In this document: one piece after another, positions 26,930 through 37,060 of the stretch
How positions within the stretch are numbered: the stretch's first letter is position 1
How the letters are laid out: the number at the start of each line of letters is the position of its first letter
Origin: Bacillota bacterium
GTDB lineage: Bacteria > Bacillota > Clostridia > Christensenellales > CAG-138
Assembly (NCBI GenBank): GCA_023399275.1
Contig: JAEWQH010000052.1
Coordinates: forward strand, 1 to 63,839
DNA length: 63,839 nt
Direction: 5' to 3'
Notes under the pieces: generated by a model
Database searches by the model: none
The model's input: the letters and a program-made list of their open reading frames with translations, nothing else
What the model was told of the DNA's origin: nothing
Made by a program: the position numbers and the translations under genes

Positions 26930-29617
26930 TTGGCATCCAAAGCAAACAACGAAACAACCGGCGGCAAGAAAGCCGCGGCGCAGAAGGGCGCAGGCCAGGG
27001 GCGCGATAAAGCCGCCTCCGAGGGCGGCGGCGTCCTGCTGATCGCCGCGGGCGTCCTCGCCGCCGCATACCTCTTCTTTTCCGCCAAAGGCTATCTGGGC
27101 GAGGTGCTCGGAAAGGCACTCTTCGGCATGATCGGCGTGATCGCCTATGCGTTGCCGGTGATCCTCATCGGCGTAGGCATCATCTACATCCGCGGCGCAA
27201 GCAACGCCCGCCTCAACGGCAGCGGCTGGTATCTGCTGCTGGGAATTCTTGCGCTGGTCACGCTGCTGAGCACGGTACGCAACTCCCTCGCCGAGGGCAT
27301 GGAGTACATGAGCTATATCAACGAAGCGCTCTCGGTCGGGCAGAATGCGCATCTTGGCGGCGGGTTCATCGGCGCCGTGCTCAGCTACCCGCTGCTCAAG
27401 CTCGGCGGCGCAACGCTGGCGTATATCCTCAGCATCGCGCTCATCCTCGTCTGCCTCATCAAGATTACGGGCTTTTCGCTGCGCGACGCTTCGGAGACGC
27501 TCACGCACAAGGTGCTCGCCGCTATGGAGAACTCCCGCGAAAAGGAGAGCGAGCGGGTGCTTGAGCGCGCCGAGCGCGAAGAGCGCCCCCTGTTTACCCT
27601 CACGCTGGAGGACGAACAGCCGTCCAAGGGCAAAAAAACCGCCCTCCCCGAAGCCGGGAAGCAGAAAGGCAAGCGCGCCGACCCGCAGGAAGAGCCGGAG
27701 ATCGACCTCTTCGCAAAGCCGAAGAAGGGCAGCCGGCGCAAATCCGCCCGCGATGAAGAAGCGGAGCTTCGCGCCTTCGGTCAGCAATCGGGCGAGTTTC
27801 TCACAAAGACCGGCGAGAAAGCAAAGGCGAAAAAGCCTGAAAAGCTCGACAGCGACATCTGGGACACGCTCGACTTCGAACCGGGGGACGACGTACCACT
27901 TGTTCTGGCGAAAAACGGCCGTCCGATCCCGAAAGCGATCGTCCAGCTGCCCGATCCCACGCCGCTCTTCGGCGCGACTCCGTCGGCGCCCTCCGCCTCG
28001 CGCGAGGGGATGCCGACGCGCCAGCCCGGCGTAAAGCGGCAGCCGATCGAAAAGCCCATCGAAAAGACCAAATCGCAACCGGAGGTCATCCTGGGAGACG
28101 GGCAGTACCATGCGCCGGCGCTGGAGCTGCTCAACCTGCCCGGCGCACAAAAGGAGAGCGATTCGGACACACCCGAGGAGAAGGCGCGCATCCTCATCGA
28201 TACGCTCGCTAGCTTTCGCATCAGCGCCACCGTAACGAATATCGCCGTCGGCCCCGCGCTGACGCGCATCGAGATCCAGCCAGCGGCGGGCACGCGCATC
28301 TCGCGCATCACAACGCTGCAAAACGACATCACCATGGCGCTCGCCGCGCCGCGCCTTCGCATGGAGGCGCCGATCCCGGGCAAGAACGCCATCGGCATCG
28401 AGATCCCCAACAAGGGCTCGACGCTTGTCGTGCTGCGCGACATCCTCGAAAGCAAGGAATTCAAAAACAGCGCGTCGCCCGTGACCATGGCGTTTGGGCG
28501 CGAAGCGAGCGGCAAGATCATCGTGGCGGATCTTACGCGCATGCCGCACCTGCTCATCGCCGGCGCAACCGGCTCCGGCAAGAGCGTGTGCATCAACGAC
28601 ATCATCGTTTCGATGGTCTATAAGAGTTCGCCGCAGGACGTGCGCTTCATCCTCATCGACCCCAAGATGGTCGAGATGACCATGTACGGCTCGCTGCCGC
28701 ACCTGCTCATCCCCGTCGTAACGGATCCCAAAAAAGCCGCGGGCGCCATGCGCTGGGCGGTCAAGGAGATGACCGACCGCTACAAGACCTTCTCGGAGCA
28801 CAACGCACGCAACCTCGACCGCTTCAACGAGCGCGCGGAGAAACCGGAGGATCGCCTGCCGCGCATCGTTGTGATCATCGACGAACTGGCAGACCTGATG
28901 ATGATTGCGCCCGAAGAGGTTGAGGACAGCATCCGCCGCATCGCGCAGCTTGGCCGCGCCGCCGGCATCCACCTCATCCTCGCCACCCAGCGGCCGGACG
29001 CAACGGTCATCACGGGGCTCATCAAGGCAAATATCCCCTCACGCGCTGCATTTGCCGTCAGCTCAGCCACCAACAGCCGCATCATCCTCGACATGGGCGG
29101 CGCGGAGAAGCTGCTCGGCCACGGCGACATGCTCTTCCACCCGGATGGGTCTGCCAAGCCCACGCGCCTGCAGTGCGCGTTTGTTTCGGATGAAGAGGTG
29201 GAGCGGATCGTGGCGCACTTCCGCGAGAGCGCAGCGCGCCCTGCCTTCAGCGACCAGATTCTCGAAGACGTCTCCTCTCTCGAAAAGAGCGGAGCCACCG
29301 GCGGCGCCTTTGGCGAGGGCAAGCAGGAGGACGAACTGCTCGGCGACGCCGTGCGCGTCGTCTTCGAGCACGGGCAGGCCAGCACCAGCATGATCCAGCG
29401 CAGGCTCCGCGTAGGGTACGCGCGCGCTTCGCGCCTGATCGATATCATGGAACAAAAGGGCTATATCTCCGGCTTCAACGGCAGCAAGGCGCGCGAGGTG
29501 CTCATCAAGCGCGCGCAGCTCGAGGAGCTCTTCGGCGACGGGACGCCTCTGGCGGAACCCCCCGCGGCGGAGCGCGAGCCCAACCCTATGGCACGCTTTT
29601 ACAGCGACGACGAATAG
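26930..29617 (+). CDS. ftsK: DNA translocase FtsK/SpoIIIE
   Basis: N-terminal TM helices, a long charged linker, a motor domain with Walker A GATGSGKS, and a C-terminal gamma winged helix (SMIQRRLRVGYARA). TTG start behind AAAGGACGGAG. Confidence 0.9.
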   Translation: MASKANNETTGGKKAAAQKGAGQGRDKAASEGGGVLLIAAGVLAAAYLFFSAKGYLGEVLGKALFGMIGVIAYALPVILIGVGIIYIRGASNARLNGSGWYLLLGILALVTLLSTVRNSLAEGMEYMSYINEALSVGQNAHLGGGFIGAVLSYPLLKLGGATLAYILSIALILVCLIKITGFSLRDASETLTHKVLAAMENSREKESERVLERAEREERPLFTLTLEDEQPSKGKKTALPEAGKQKGKRADPQEEPEIDLFAKPKKGSRRKSARDEEAELRAFGQQSGEFLTKTGEKAKAKKPEKLDSDIWDTLDFEPGDDVPLVLAKNGRPIPKAIVQLPDPTPLFGATPSAPSASREGMPTRQPGVKRQPIEKPIEKTKSQPEVILGDGQYHAPALELLNLPGAQKESDSDTPEEKARILIDTLASFRISATVTNIAVGPALTRIEIQPAAGTRISRITTLQNDITMALAAPRLRMEAPIPGKNAIGIEIPNKGSTLVVLRDILESKEFKNSASPVTMAFGREASGKIIVADLTRMPHLLIAGATGSGKSVCINDIIVSMVYKSSPQDVRFILIDPKMVEMTMYGSLPHLLIPVVTDPKKAAGAMRWAVKEMTDRYKTFSEHNARNLDRFNERAEKPEDRLPRIVVIIDELADLMMIAPEEVEDSIRRIAQLGRAAGIHLILATQRPDATVITGLIKANIPSRAAFAVSSATNSRIILDMGGAEKLLGHGDMLFHPDGSAKPTRLQCAFVSDEEVERIVAHFRESAARPAFSDQILEDVSSLEKSGATGGAFGEGKQEDELLGDAVRVVFEHGQASTSMIQRRLRVGYARASRLIDIMEQKGYISGFNGSKAREVLIKRAQLEELFGDGTPLAEPPAAEREPNPMARFYSDDE

Positions 29618-29644
29618 CACACCGGCAAAAAGGAGAGCAAACGA

Positions 29645-30943
29645 ATGCAGCAGTCCGTTGGGGTGATCTCGCTCGGGTGCGCAAAAAACCAGGTGGATAC
29701 CGAGCGCATGCTCGGTATCCTCACCGCCGCGGGCTACGCGATCACCGCCGAGCCGGAGGATGCGGATGTGCTCGTCGTCAACACCTGCGGCTTCATCGAG
29801 AGCGCGAAGCAGGAGTCGATCAACGCCATACTCGAGATGGCGCAGTATAAAAGAGGCGGTCGGTGCGTGCGCCTCGTGGTGACCGGGTGCCTCTCCGAGC
29901 GCTATCGGGACGATCTTCGGCTGGCTATGCCTGAGATCGACATCCTCCTTGGCGTGCGTGAATACGAGTCGCTCCCCCGCCTGCTCGGCGGCCGGGCGGA
30001 CGCGCCGCACTGCGGGCCCAAGAGCGCGCGCGTGCTCACCACGCCGCGCTACAGCGCGTATCTGCGCATTGCGGACGGGTGCGACAATCGCTGCACCTAC
30101 TGCGCGATCCCGTTGATCCGGGGCAAGCTCGCCAGCGAGCCGCTCGAAGACCTCGTGGACGAAGCCAAGCGTCTGGCGGATGGCGGCGTAACGGAGCTGA
30201 CGCTGATTGCGCAGGACACCTCCGGCTACGGCACGGATCGCTACGGCAAGCCGATGCTCGGCGCGCTGCTCGACCGGCTGGAGAAGATCGAAGCCCTGCG
30301 TTGGCTGCGGGTGCTGTATACCTACCCCGACACGGTCACGCCGGCGCTGATCGACCGCTTTTGCGATGGCGGCAAGATCGCGCCGTATCTCGACATGCCG
30401 CTGCAGCACACCGAGGACGAGATCCTGCGCCGCATGCACCGGCGCGGCGACCAGGCGCATATCCGCCGCGTGCTGGAATACGTTGCGCGCCGCGCGCCTG
30501 CATTCATGCTCCGCACCACGCTGATGGTCGGCTTTCCCGGCGAGACGGATGCGCATTTTGACGCGATGCTGCGTTTTCTGCAGGAGCATCCCTTCGACCG
30601 CGTCGGCGCGTTTGCCTTCTCGCCGGAGGAGGGCACAGCAGCGGCGAATCTGCCGGATCAGGTGCCCGATGCAGTCAAGCAAGAGCGCCTTGCCCGGCTT
30701 ATGGAGGCACAGCAGCCGATTTCCCGCACGCGAAACGAGCGCAGGGTCGGCCAGATTGTAGAAGTCCTGATCGAGGGCTGTGACAACGGGCGCTGTTACG
30801 GGCGCAGCTACGCCGAGGCGCCGGACGTGGACGGGAAGATCTATCTGGAAAGCGCCGCTGCCTTTGCCCCGGGCAGCTATTTGCCCATCCGCCTGACGCA
30901 GGCGCTGGAATACGACATGATCGGCGAGCCGCTGCGCCCCTGA
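29645..30943 (+). CDS. rimO: ribosomal protein S12 methylthiotransferase RimO
   Basis: UPF0004 N-domain (LGCAKNQVDTE), radical-SAM motif CDNRCTYCAIP, and a C-terminal TRAM domain. Confidence 0.9.
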   Translation: MQQSVGVISLGCAKNQVDTERMLGILTAAGYAITAEPEDADVLVVNTCGFIESAKQESINAILEMAQYKRGGRCVRLVVTGCLSERYRDDLRLAMPEIDILLGVREYESLPRLLGGRADAPHCGPKSARVLTTPRYSAYLRIADGCDNRCTYCAIPLIRGKLASEPLEDLVDEAKRLADGGVTELTLIAQDTSGYGTDRYGKPMLGALLDRLEKIEALRWLRVLYTYPDTVTPALIDRFCDGGKIAPYLDMPLQHTEDEILRRMHRRGDQAHIRRVLEYVARRAPAFMLRTTLMVGFPGETDAHFDAMLRFLQEHPFDRVGAFAFSPEEGTAAANLPDQVPDAVKQERLARLMEAQQPISRTRNERRVGQIVEVLIEGCDNGRCYGRSYAEAPDVDGKIYLESAAAFAPGSYLPIRLTQALEYDMIGEPLRP

Positions 30944-30982
30944 GCGCACCGGATCGCCGAAATAATAGAAAGACAGAGAGCT

Positions 30983-31570
30983 ATGGAACAGACTTTGCCT
31001 CAATCCCCGGCTTCGCGCGAAAAGATGAATCTGCCAAACCGCCTCACGATATTTCGCATGGCGCTGGTGCCGCTGCTGGTCGCGGCGTTCTCCTTTGAAG
31101 CGTGGCTGCCCGGTTGGAACTATTACGCCGCGGCGATCTTCTTCCTCGCAGACATGACGGACGTCGTGGACGGCTACATTGCGCGCAGGCGAAACATGGT
31201 GACCAACTTCGGCAAGTTCATGGATCCTATCGCGGATAAACTGCTGTTTTGCTCGGCGTTCATCATGATGACGTACAACGGCATGCTCAACCCGATCCTC
31301 TGCATCATATTCGTCGGACGCGAGATCATCGTATCGGGCTTCCGTCTCGTCACAGCCAACAGCGGCAAGGTGATCGCCGCCAACTGGCTCGGCAAGCTCA
31401 AGAGCGGCCTGCAGGTCGTCGCCATCCTCGCGACGCTGCTCGGCAACCCGGTCTTCTCGCGCTGGAACTTCCGCTTTGATTTCGGGGTTATGTGCACCGC
31501 CGCGGTCTTCACCGTTTGGTCGGCGGTGGACTACATCGTCGCAAACCGTAAGGCGGTCAACTGGAACTGA
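30983..31570 (+). CDS. pgsA: CDP-diacylglycerol--glycerol-3-phosphate 3-phosphatidyltransferase
   Basis: CDP-alcohol phosphatidyltransferase motif DVVDGYIAR...GKFMDPIADK. An alternative start is ATG 31025 (MNLPNRLT). Confidence 0.9.
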   Translation: MEQTLPQSPASREKMNLPNRLTIFRMALVPLLVAAFSFEAWLPGWNYYAAAIFFLADMTDVVDGYIARRRNMVTNFGKFMDPIADKLLFCSAFIMMTYNGMLNPILCIIFVGREIIVSGFRLVTANSGKVIAANWLGKLKSGLQVVAILATLLGNPVFSRWNFRFDFGVMCTAAVFTVWSAVDYIVANRKAVNWN

Positions 31571-31626
31571 CCCCCCCTTCGCAGGATTTCGGGCAACCGC
31601 CCGCAGAATAAGGAAGTGAATCAAAT

Positions 31627-32862
31627 ATGATCGCAGAGATCGTCTCCGTCGGCACGGAGCTGCTCATGGGCCAGGTCGTCAATACGGACGCGCAGTATAT
31701 CGCCCAACGGCTCGCCCCGCTTGGCTTTCAGGTGTTTTACCACACGACCGTCGGCGACAACGTCAAGCGCCTCTCCGCCGTCGTCCACCAGGCGGTGGAA
31801 CGTTCGGACGTGGTCGTCTTCACCGGCGGGCTTGGCCCTACAGACGACGACCTGACCAAGGAGACCGTCGCCTCCGCGCTCGGACTGACCGTCGAACTCA
31901 TCCCCGAGGAAGCGGAGCGGCTCAAAAAGCACTTCGAAGCGCGTGGGTATCCGCTTACGCCAAACAATCTCAAGCAGGCAAGCTTTCCCAAAAACGCAGT
32001 CATCCTGCCAAACGCATTCGGCACAGCGCCCGGTTGCATCATGACCGCCGAGGACAAGACGGCCATCCTGCTGCCCGGTCCGCCGCGCGAGCTCTTCCCC
32101 ATGTTTCAAGACCACGTGATGCCGTATCTCGAGCGCCTCAGCGGAAACAAACTGTATTCGCGCGAACTGCGCATCTTCGGCAAGGGAGAATCGGCCGTCA
32201 CCTACGAGCTGCGGGACATCATCGAGAGCCAGACGAACCCGACCGTAGCACCCTACGTCAAAACCGGAGAGGTCACTCTGCGCGTCACCGCACTGTGCCA
32301 GAGCGAGGAGGAGGGCGAGCGCCTCGCGCGCCCCATGATCGGCGAGATCATCTTCCGCCTGGGCGACATCGTCTACTCTACTGTGGGCGAGTCGCTGCCG
32401 GAGACATGCGCGCGCATGCTCACGGACGACGGCCAGACCCTTGCCATCGCGGAGAGCTGCACCGGCGGCCTGATCGCCAGCGAGCTCGTCGCAATCCCAG
32501 GCTGCTCGAGATTTCTGCTCGAAGGCTGCGTCGCCTATTCCGACGCGGCCAAGGTCTCCCGTCTCGGCGTACGCCAGGAGACGCTGGATCGCTTCGGCGC
32601 GGTCAGCGAACCGTGCGCCATCGAGATGGCCGAGGGTATGCGCCGCACCTCCGGCGCGGATTACGCACTCGCCACGACCGGCTTCGCCGGGCCGGAAGGA
32701 GGCACCGCGCAGGACCCGGTAGGCACGGTCTACATCGCTCTGGCGCGGCCCGGCGAGACGCTGTCCAAGCGCATCTCTCTCTTTGGCGAGCGCGCGCGCA
32801 TCCGCGAAATCGCAGCCCTGCACGCATTTGACATGCTGCGACGCAAGCTCTGCCTCGAATAG
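31627..32862 (+). CDS. cinA: competence/damage-inducible protein CinA (MoCF-binding + PncC-like deamidase)
   Basis: MIAEIVSVGTELLMGQVVNTDA N-terminus, a C-terminal ESCTGGL motif, and pgsA-cinA-recA synteny. Confidence 0.9.
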   Translation: MIAEIVSVGTELLMGQVVNTDAQYIAQRLAPLGFQVFYHTTVGDNVKRLSAVVHQAVERSDVVVFTGGLGPTDDDLTKETVASALGLTVELIPEEAERLKKHFEARGYPLTPNNLKQASFPKNAVILPNAFGTAPGCIMTAEDKTAILLPGPPRELFPMFQDHVMPYLERLSGNKLYSRELRIFGKGESAVTYELRDIIESQTNPTVAPYVKTGEVTLRVTALCQSEEEGERLARPMIGEIIFRLGDIVYSTVGESLPETCARMLTDDGQTLAIAESCTGGLIASELVAIPGCSRFLLEGCVAYSDAAKVSRLGVRQETLDRFGAVSEPCAIEMAEGMRRTSGADYALATTGFAGPEGGTAQDPVGTVYIALARPGETLSKRISLFGERARIREIAALHAFDMLRRKLCLE

Positions 32863-32916
32863 CGGAAAAAGCGCGGTTTTCGGCAAAAAACGCTGTACGC
32901 TTCCGCTTGGACATGC

Positions 32917-32950
32917 TATAATGGCAAAAGAGCATGCGATCATTTGTTCT
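32917..32950 (+). promoter_or_regulatory. recA promoter -10 box plus candidate LexA (Cheo-type) operator
   Basis: Extended -10 TGcTATAAT (32917-32922). CGATCATTTGTTCT at ~32937-32950 matches CGAACRNRYGTTYC at 11 of 14 positions. Confidence 0.4.
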
Positions 32951-33057
32951 TATCCGTCGGTGCGCACAGACTGCGCCGGCAAGCGGGTCGCCGCGGACTG
33001 CGTCGCACGCAGAGCACTATGCATCAGAAGACTTCTTCTTACGAAAGGAATACTGTG

Positions 33058-34149
33058 ATGGTCGAAAAAGAAAAAGCGTTGGAGATCGCACTGGGTCAAA
33101 TCGAAAAACAGTTTGGCAAGGGCGCGATCATGAAGCTGGGCGACGCGGCGGCGCGCGCGCCGGTAGCAACCATATCTACCGGCTGCCTCCCGCTGGACTA
33201 CGCGCTCGGCGTCGGCGGCATCCCGCGCGGGCGCATCATAGAGATCTACGGGCCGGAGTCCTCCGGCAAAACCACCATTGCGCTGCATATCATTGCAGAG
33301 GGGCAGCGCGTGGGCGGCACTGCGGCGTTTATCGACGCGGAGCATGCGCTCGACCCCGTCTACGCCGAGGCGCTGGGCGTGCGTGTAGACGACCTCTACG
33401 TCTCCCAGCCGGATACCGGTGAGCAGGCGCTGGAGATCACCGAGGCGCTTGTTCGCAGCGGCGCCATCGACGTTGTGGTGGTCGATTCCGTCGCCGCGCT
33501 CGTGCCCAAGGCGGAGATCGAGGGCGATATGGGCGACGCGCACGTGGGCCTGCAGGCGCGGCTCATGAGTCAGGCGCTGCGCAAGCTTACAGGTGCGATC
33601 AACAAGTCCAACACCATCGTCATCTTCATCAACCAGTTGCGCGAAAAGGTCGGCGTCATGTTCGGCAACCCTGAGACCACGCCCGGCGGCAAAGCGCTCA
33701 AGTTCTACGCCAGCGTCCGCCTGGATGTACGCCGCATCGACGCGCTCAAGAGCGGAACGGACATCATCGGCAACCGCACGCGTGTCAAGGTGGTCAAAAA
33801 CAAAGTCGCTCCGCCCTTTAAGACCGCGGAGTTCGATATGCTCTACGGCGAGGGCATCTCCAAAGAGGGCGCAATCCTCGATCTCGCGGTGGAGAAGAAA
33901 CTCATCCAAAAGAGCGGCGCCTGGTACAACTACGGCGAGATGCGCATCGCCCAAGGGCGCGACAACACGCGCGTCTTTCTCAAGGACAATCCCGAACTCA
34001 CGCAGAAGCTCGAAAAACAGCTGCGCGTCATGTTTGAAGAAGAGCGCAAGCAGGCCGCCGCAGAGCAGGAGGCCAAGCGCAAGGCCAACCAGAGCGCCAT
34101 GGCCGCCGCAGAAGCCGCGCAGGCAACCGCGGCAAAAAAAGAATCCTGA
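33058..34149 (+). CDS. recA: recombinase RecA
   Basis: Walker [10 protein letters not shown] with full-length RecA similarity. Start trimmed to ATG 33058 behind GAAAGGAA. Confidence 0.95.
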   Translation: MVEKEKALEIALGQIEKQFGKGAIMKLGDAAARAPVATISTGCLPLDYALGVGGIPRGRIIEIYGPESSGKTTIALHIIAEGQRVGGTAAFIDAEHALDPVYAEALGVRVDDLYVSQPDTGEQALEITEALVRSGAIDVVVVDSVAALVPKAEIEGDMGDAHVGLQARLMSQALRKLTGAINKSNTIVIFINQLREKVGVMFGNPETTPGGKALKFYASVRLDVRRIDALKSGTDIIGNRTRVKVVKNKVAPPFKTAEFDMLYGEGISKEGAILDLAVEKKLIQKSGAWYNYGEMRIAQGRDNTRVFLKDNPELTQKLEKQLRVMFEEERKQAAAEQEAKRKANQSAMAAAEAAQATAAKKES

Positions 34150-34162
34150 GCAAGCCCAGATT

Positions 34163-34197
34163 ACAGCAGCCGCGCGGAGTCACCGCGCGGCTGCTGT
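34163..34197. terminator. hairpin terminator between recA and the convergent gene
   Basis: 15-bp stem ACAGCAGCCGCGCGG / CCGCGCGGCTGCTGT with a 5-nt loop. Confidence 0.55.
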
Positions 34198-34227
34198 TGT
34201 CTGAACGCATCCGAATGCTATCGCCGT

Positions 34228-34788
34228 CTATCTTGCGGAGAAGATCGACATATCCGTTCCTGCGTCGCGCACCAGCACATCGCCGCCGGCGCGTGCGATG
34301 AGAGCGCCTACGTAAAAATCCCCCGCAGCGCCGGAAAGATTGACGATCTGGATGATGAAAAACCGCCAGAACGCCGTCTCATAAAACGCCGCCGTGAGTA
34401 CCGCGAGCACTACGCCAAGAATCACCACGGGCGCAAACGCAATCACGAGATACTGCGTCCGCCCAAAAAGCGCGTCGCTGCCCGCATAGGCATAGAGCCC
34501 GGTAAAACCGTAGTGCGGCTTTCTGCCGGAGAATGCTTTCATAAACACGCCGTGGATCAGCTCATGCACCACCATGTATACGACGATGCCCACAAACAGC
34601 AGCGTCAGCTCGATGACGGTGTGAATCCCGATCTCCACCTCGGTGAACGCCGGACTGAGCGCAAAGCCCAGCGCAGTCGCTGCCGCGCCGATTCCGAGCG
34701 CAAGCAGGTTGACGATCACCGCCTCTTTGCGGTTTTGCATGAGGTCTATGCGGCGCACTTCGCGGTAGCCGTTTGGCAAAGTGGTCAT
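34228..34788 (-). CDS. DUF3267-like membrane protein (putative zincin peptidase)
   Basis: Four to five TM helices and an HExxH motif (VHELIHG) at a helix end. Confidence 0.65.
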   Translation of the reverse strand: MTTLPNGYREVRRIDLMQNRKEAVIVNLLALGIGAAATALGFALSPAFTEVEIGIHTVIELTLLFVGIVVYMVVHELIHGVFMKAFSGRKPHYGFTGLYAYAGSDALFGRTQYLVIAFAPVVILGVVLAVLTAAFYETAFWRFFIIQIVNLSGAAGDFYVGALIARAGGDVLVRDAGTDMSIFSAR

Positions 34789-35066
34789 TCGGCCTCCGTT
34801 TTCTTTCCGGGATTACGCCAGTAGCGGCTGCCGTCGCGCACGCGAAGCAGCCATCCGCTCTCGATCATCCCCCGTCTCAGTATGAATAGATCGCCAAATG
34901 TGTGCCACGCGGAGAGGATGTCGTTCACCTCGCGCTCGGTGTAGTCCCGTCCATATGCAAACTGTTCCGCCAGATAGGCAACCACCTCCTCGCGGGGCGC
35001 TTGCTTTGATGGCCAGAGCTTCACCCTGCCCGCCTCGTCTAAAAATCGTTCGATTCCCTGCGCCAT
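34785..35066 (-). CDS. DUF2087-like protein (stand-alone)
   Basis: FLDEAGRVKLWPSK...YTEREVNDIL...LRRGMIESGWLLR pattern of DUF2087. 4-nt ATGA overlap with the downstream gene. Confidence 0.6.
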   Translation of the reverse strand: MAQGIERFLDEAGRVKLWPSKQAPREEVVAYLAEQFAYGRDYTEREVNDILSAWHTFGDLFILRRGMIESGWLLRVRDGSRYWRNPGKKTEAE

Positions 35067-35139
35067 GACGCGTCCCCTCCCCCGCTGTGCCGGCGCCTGC
35101 GCGTCCGGCTTCAGCCTTGCAAAAAAATCTCGCTTCGCG

Positions 35140-36420
35140 CTACTGCGCCTGCGTTTCGAGCATCATGGAGAGTATCTCGCTCTCCGTCTCTCGCATGCCG
35201 TCCTTGGCGAGGCGGCCGATATTGCGAATGGTGTTGTCCACGCCTTTGACCACGATGCCGTCTCCGCTGACAAACTCCTGCTTCTGCGTGTACATCCGGT
35301 AACCGAGAATCCCCGCGTCCACCGCTGCGGCAATCTTGGCCGCACAGCTCGCTTTCGCTCCGTCGCAGACCATGCCGCTGATGATGGCGAGCGCGTTGAC
35401 CACCGCGTGCGCCACGCCGTCGTAGCCGCCGCCTTCGAGATAGGCGATGCCGGCGCCGGCGCCGCACCCCGCGCAGACCGCACCGCAGAAAGCGGAGAGC
35501 CGCCCGATGCCGGTCTTCTGGTGTATGGTCACAAGGTCTGAAACGATCAGCGCGCGCAGCAGCGCTTCCTCGGAAAAGCCGCGTTCGCGTGCCCAAACGG
35601 CCAGCGGAACGCTCGCGGTGATGCCCTGATTGCCCGAACCGGACACGATGACCACCGGCAGCTCCGCGCCGCTCATGCGCGCATCCGAACCCGCGGCGGC
35701 ATACGCGCGCGCACGGTCGGATAGTCCGCCGGCGCTTCCCTCGATCAGCACGCGGCCGATGTTTGCGCCGCACGCATGCGAAAGCCCATGCTCCGCAATG
35801 GCGAGATTCAGCGCGAGCTGCCGCTCGAGCGGCGCGCGAACCCGATCGAGATCGACCGCATCCGCAAAGGCGACGATATCCGCCGTATTGAGGGCCTCCT
35901 GCGCTTCGCTCTCGCACCCTGTCTGCGCAAGCGGCACGTCGAGCAGCACTTCACCGTTTCGCTCGATGTGTACGATGTTGGTGTGCGCCCCGGCGATGCG
36001 AACGATCGCCATGTCCGCCCCGCTCCAGCCGGAGACGCGGATATCCAGCGCCGGCCCTTCTTCCGCGCAGGAAACGTCGATCTGCGCCGTTTTCAGATAG
36101 GCGTCGATCGCTTCGCGCTGCTGTAGCGAAATCCCGTCGATCACCTTGAGCAGCTTCCCGCTGTCGCCCGCCACCGCGCCCGCAGCCGCCGCCGCGGCGA
36201 TGCCTTTTTTGCCGCCTGTTCCCGGCACGACGACGCTCTTTGCGTTTTTCAGGATGTTTCCGCTGACGCAAATATGCATTCGCTCCGGCAGCGCGCCGAG
36301 CGTCTGCCGCATCCGCGCCGCCGCATAGGTGATCGCGATGGGTTCCGTGCAGCCGGTCGCCGGTATCAGCTCGCGGTGCAGCAGCAAACAGTAAGCATCT
36401 ATCGCGTTTTGTGTGAGCAT
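35140..36420 (-). CDS. UPF0597 / serine-dehydratase-alpha-like protein (L-cysteine desulfidase family)
   Basis: ATGCTEPIAITYAAA N-terminal motif typical of the YhaM/CdsB-like family. Start trimmed to ATG 36420 behind AGGAGGAG. Confidence 0.75.
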   Translation of the reverse strand: MLTQNAIDAYCLLLHRELIPATGCTEPIAITYAAARMRQTLGALPERMHICVSGNILKNAKSVVVPGTGGKKGIAAAAAAGAVAGDSGKLLKVIDGISLQQREAIDAYLKTAQIDVSCAEEGPALDIRVSGWSGADMAIVRIAGAHTNIVHIERNGEVLLDVPLAQTGCESEAQEALNTADIVAFADAVDLDRVRAPLERQLALNLAIAEHGLSHACGANIGRVLIEGSAGGLSDRARAYAAAGSDARMSGAELPVVIVSGSGNQGITASVPLAVWARERGFSEEALLRALIVSDLVTIHQKTGIGRLSAFCGAVCAGCGAGAGIAYLEGGGYDGVAHAVVNALAIISGMVCDGAKASCAAKIAAAVDAGILGYRMYTQKQEFVSGDGIVVKGVDNTIRNIGRLAKDGMRETESEILSMMLETQAQ

Positions 36421-36505
36421 ACCCGGATTTCTCCTCCTGCGGCCCTTAGCGCGCCGAGCGGAATCGGCTTCGAAAAGAATTGTTCTGTGTGCTCTTGCCG
36501 CTACT

Positions 36506-37057
36506 TCAGCAGCGCGGCGATCTGCTTTTGAGAAAGCTGGCGGCCAAGCAGTCGCTCTGCGGCACAGGGCTCGGTGGCTTCCGGGGCCGCTTCTCTTCCC
36601 AGCGCTCGGCCGGGCCGTAGGAAAAGGTGCACCAGCTCTCGTGGATCGCCGCATCGCGCCGCAGAACCGTAACGAACAGCTCGGATATCAGCCGCTCCAG
36701 CGCCTTGGTCTGCGCTTTTTTCTCCAGCATACAGGCGGCCTGCATCTGCTCCGCATTTGCCTCTCCAACCGCGGTTAAAAACGAAAGCAGCCGCGCGCTG
36801 TCTCCGTCCAACCGCTCCGCCCTGCGGCGGTACGGCTTGAGCGCGTAGTACAGCGCGGGCGAAAGATATGTCACCCGGTTTCGGTAGAAGCGGCTGTAAA
36901 ACGCATCCCCGGCCTCAAGCAACACAACAAGCGCATTCCAGCTGCCGTCGACCAGGTCGAGATACGGCAGCTGTGCGCTTTCATTGCAGAGCAAAATCCC
37001 GTTATGCGAAAAATAGCGCAACAGAGCTTCCCGCGCCTGCTCTTGCCGCCCGCACAC
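36506..37057 (-). CDS. hypothetical protein (183 aa)
   Basis: ORF with a GTG start 3 nt after the upstream stop. No SD and no recognised family. Start uncertain. Confidence 0.4.
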   Translation of the reverse strand: MCGRQEQAREALLRYFSHNGILLCNESAQLPYLDLVDGSWNALVVLLEAGDAFYSRFYRNRVTYLSPALYYALKPYRRRAERLDGDSARLLSFLTAVGEANAEQMQAACMLEKKAQTKALERLISELFVTVLRRDAAIHESWCTFSYGPAERWEEKRPRKPPSPVPQSDCLAASFLKSRSPRC

Positions 37058-37060
37058 GCG

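Noticed and set aside
29063-31624. An 853-aa antisense ORF crossing three genes (ftsK 3' end, rimO, pgsA) and two intergenic spacers.
   Set aside because: ftsK, rimO and pgsA all happen to start in the same phase (coordinate mod 3 = 2), and the short spacers lack antisense stops. The composition is shadow-ORF-like. It is a coincidence of phase, not a gene.
32944-33057. N-terminal extensions in the ORF track, for example recA from 32944, cdaR from 4184, cdaA from 4935, UPF0597 from 36654, cysE from 22675, GH13 from 45130, pepF from 52361, LCP from 54397 and the lipoprotein from 55587.
   Set aside because: The extensions are Arg-rich, overlap neighbouring genes or terminators, and lack SDs. 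Internal starts have good SDs and give family-typical N-termini or signal peptides.
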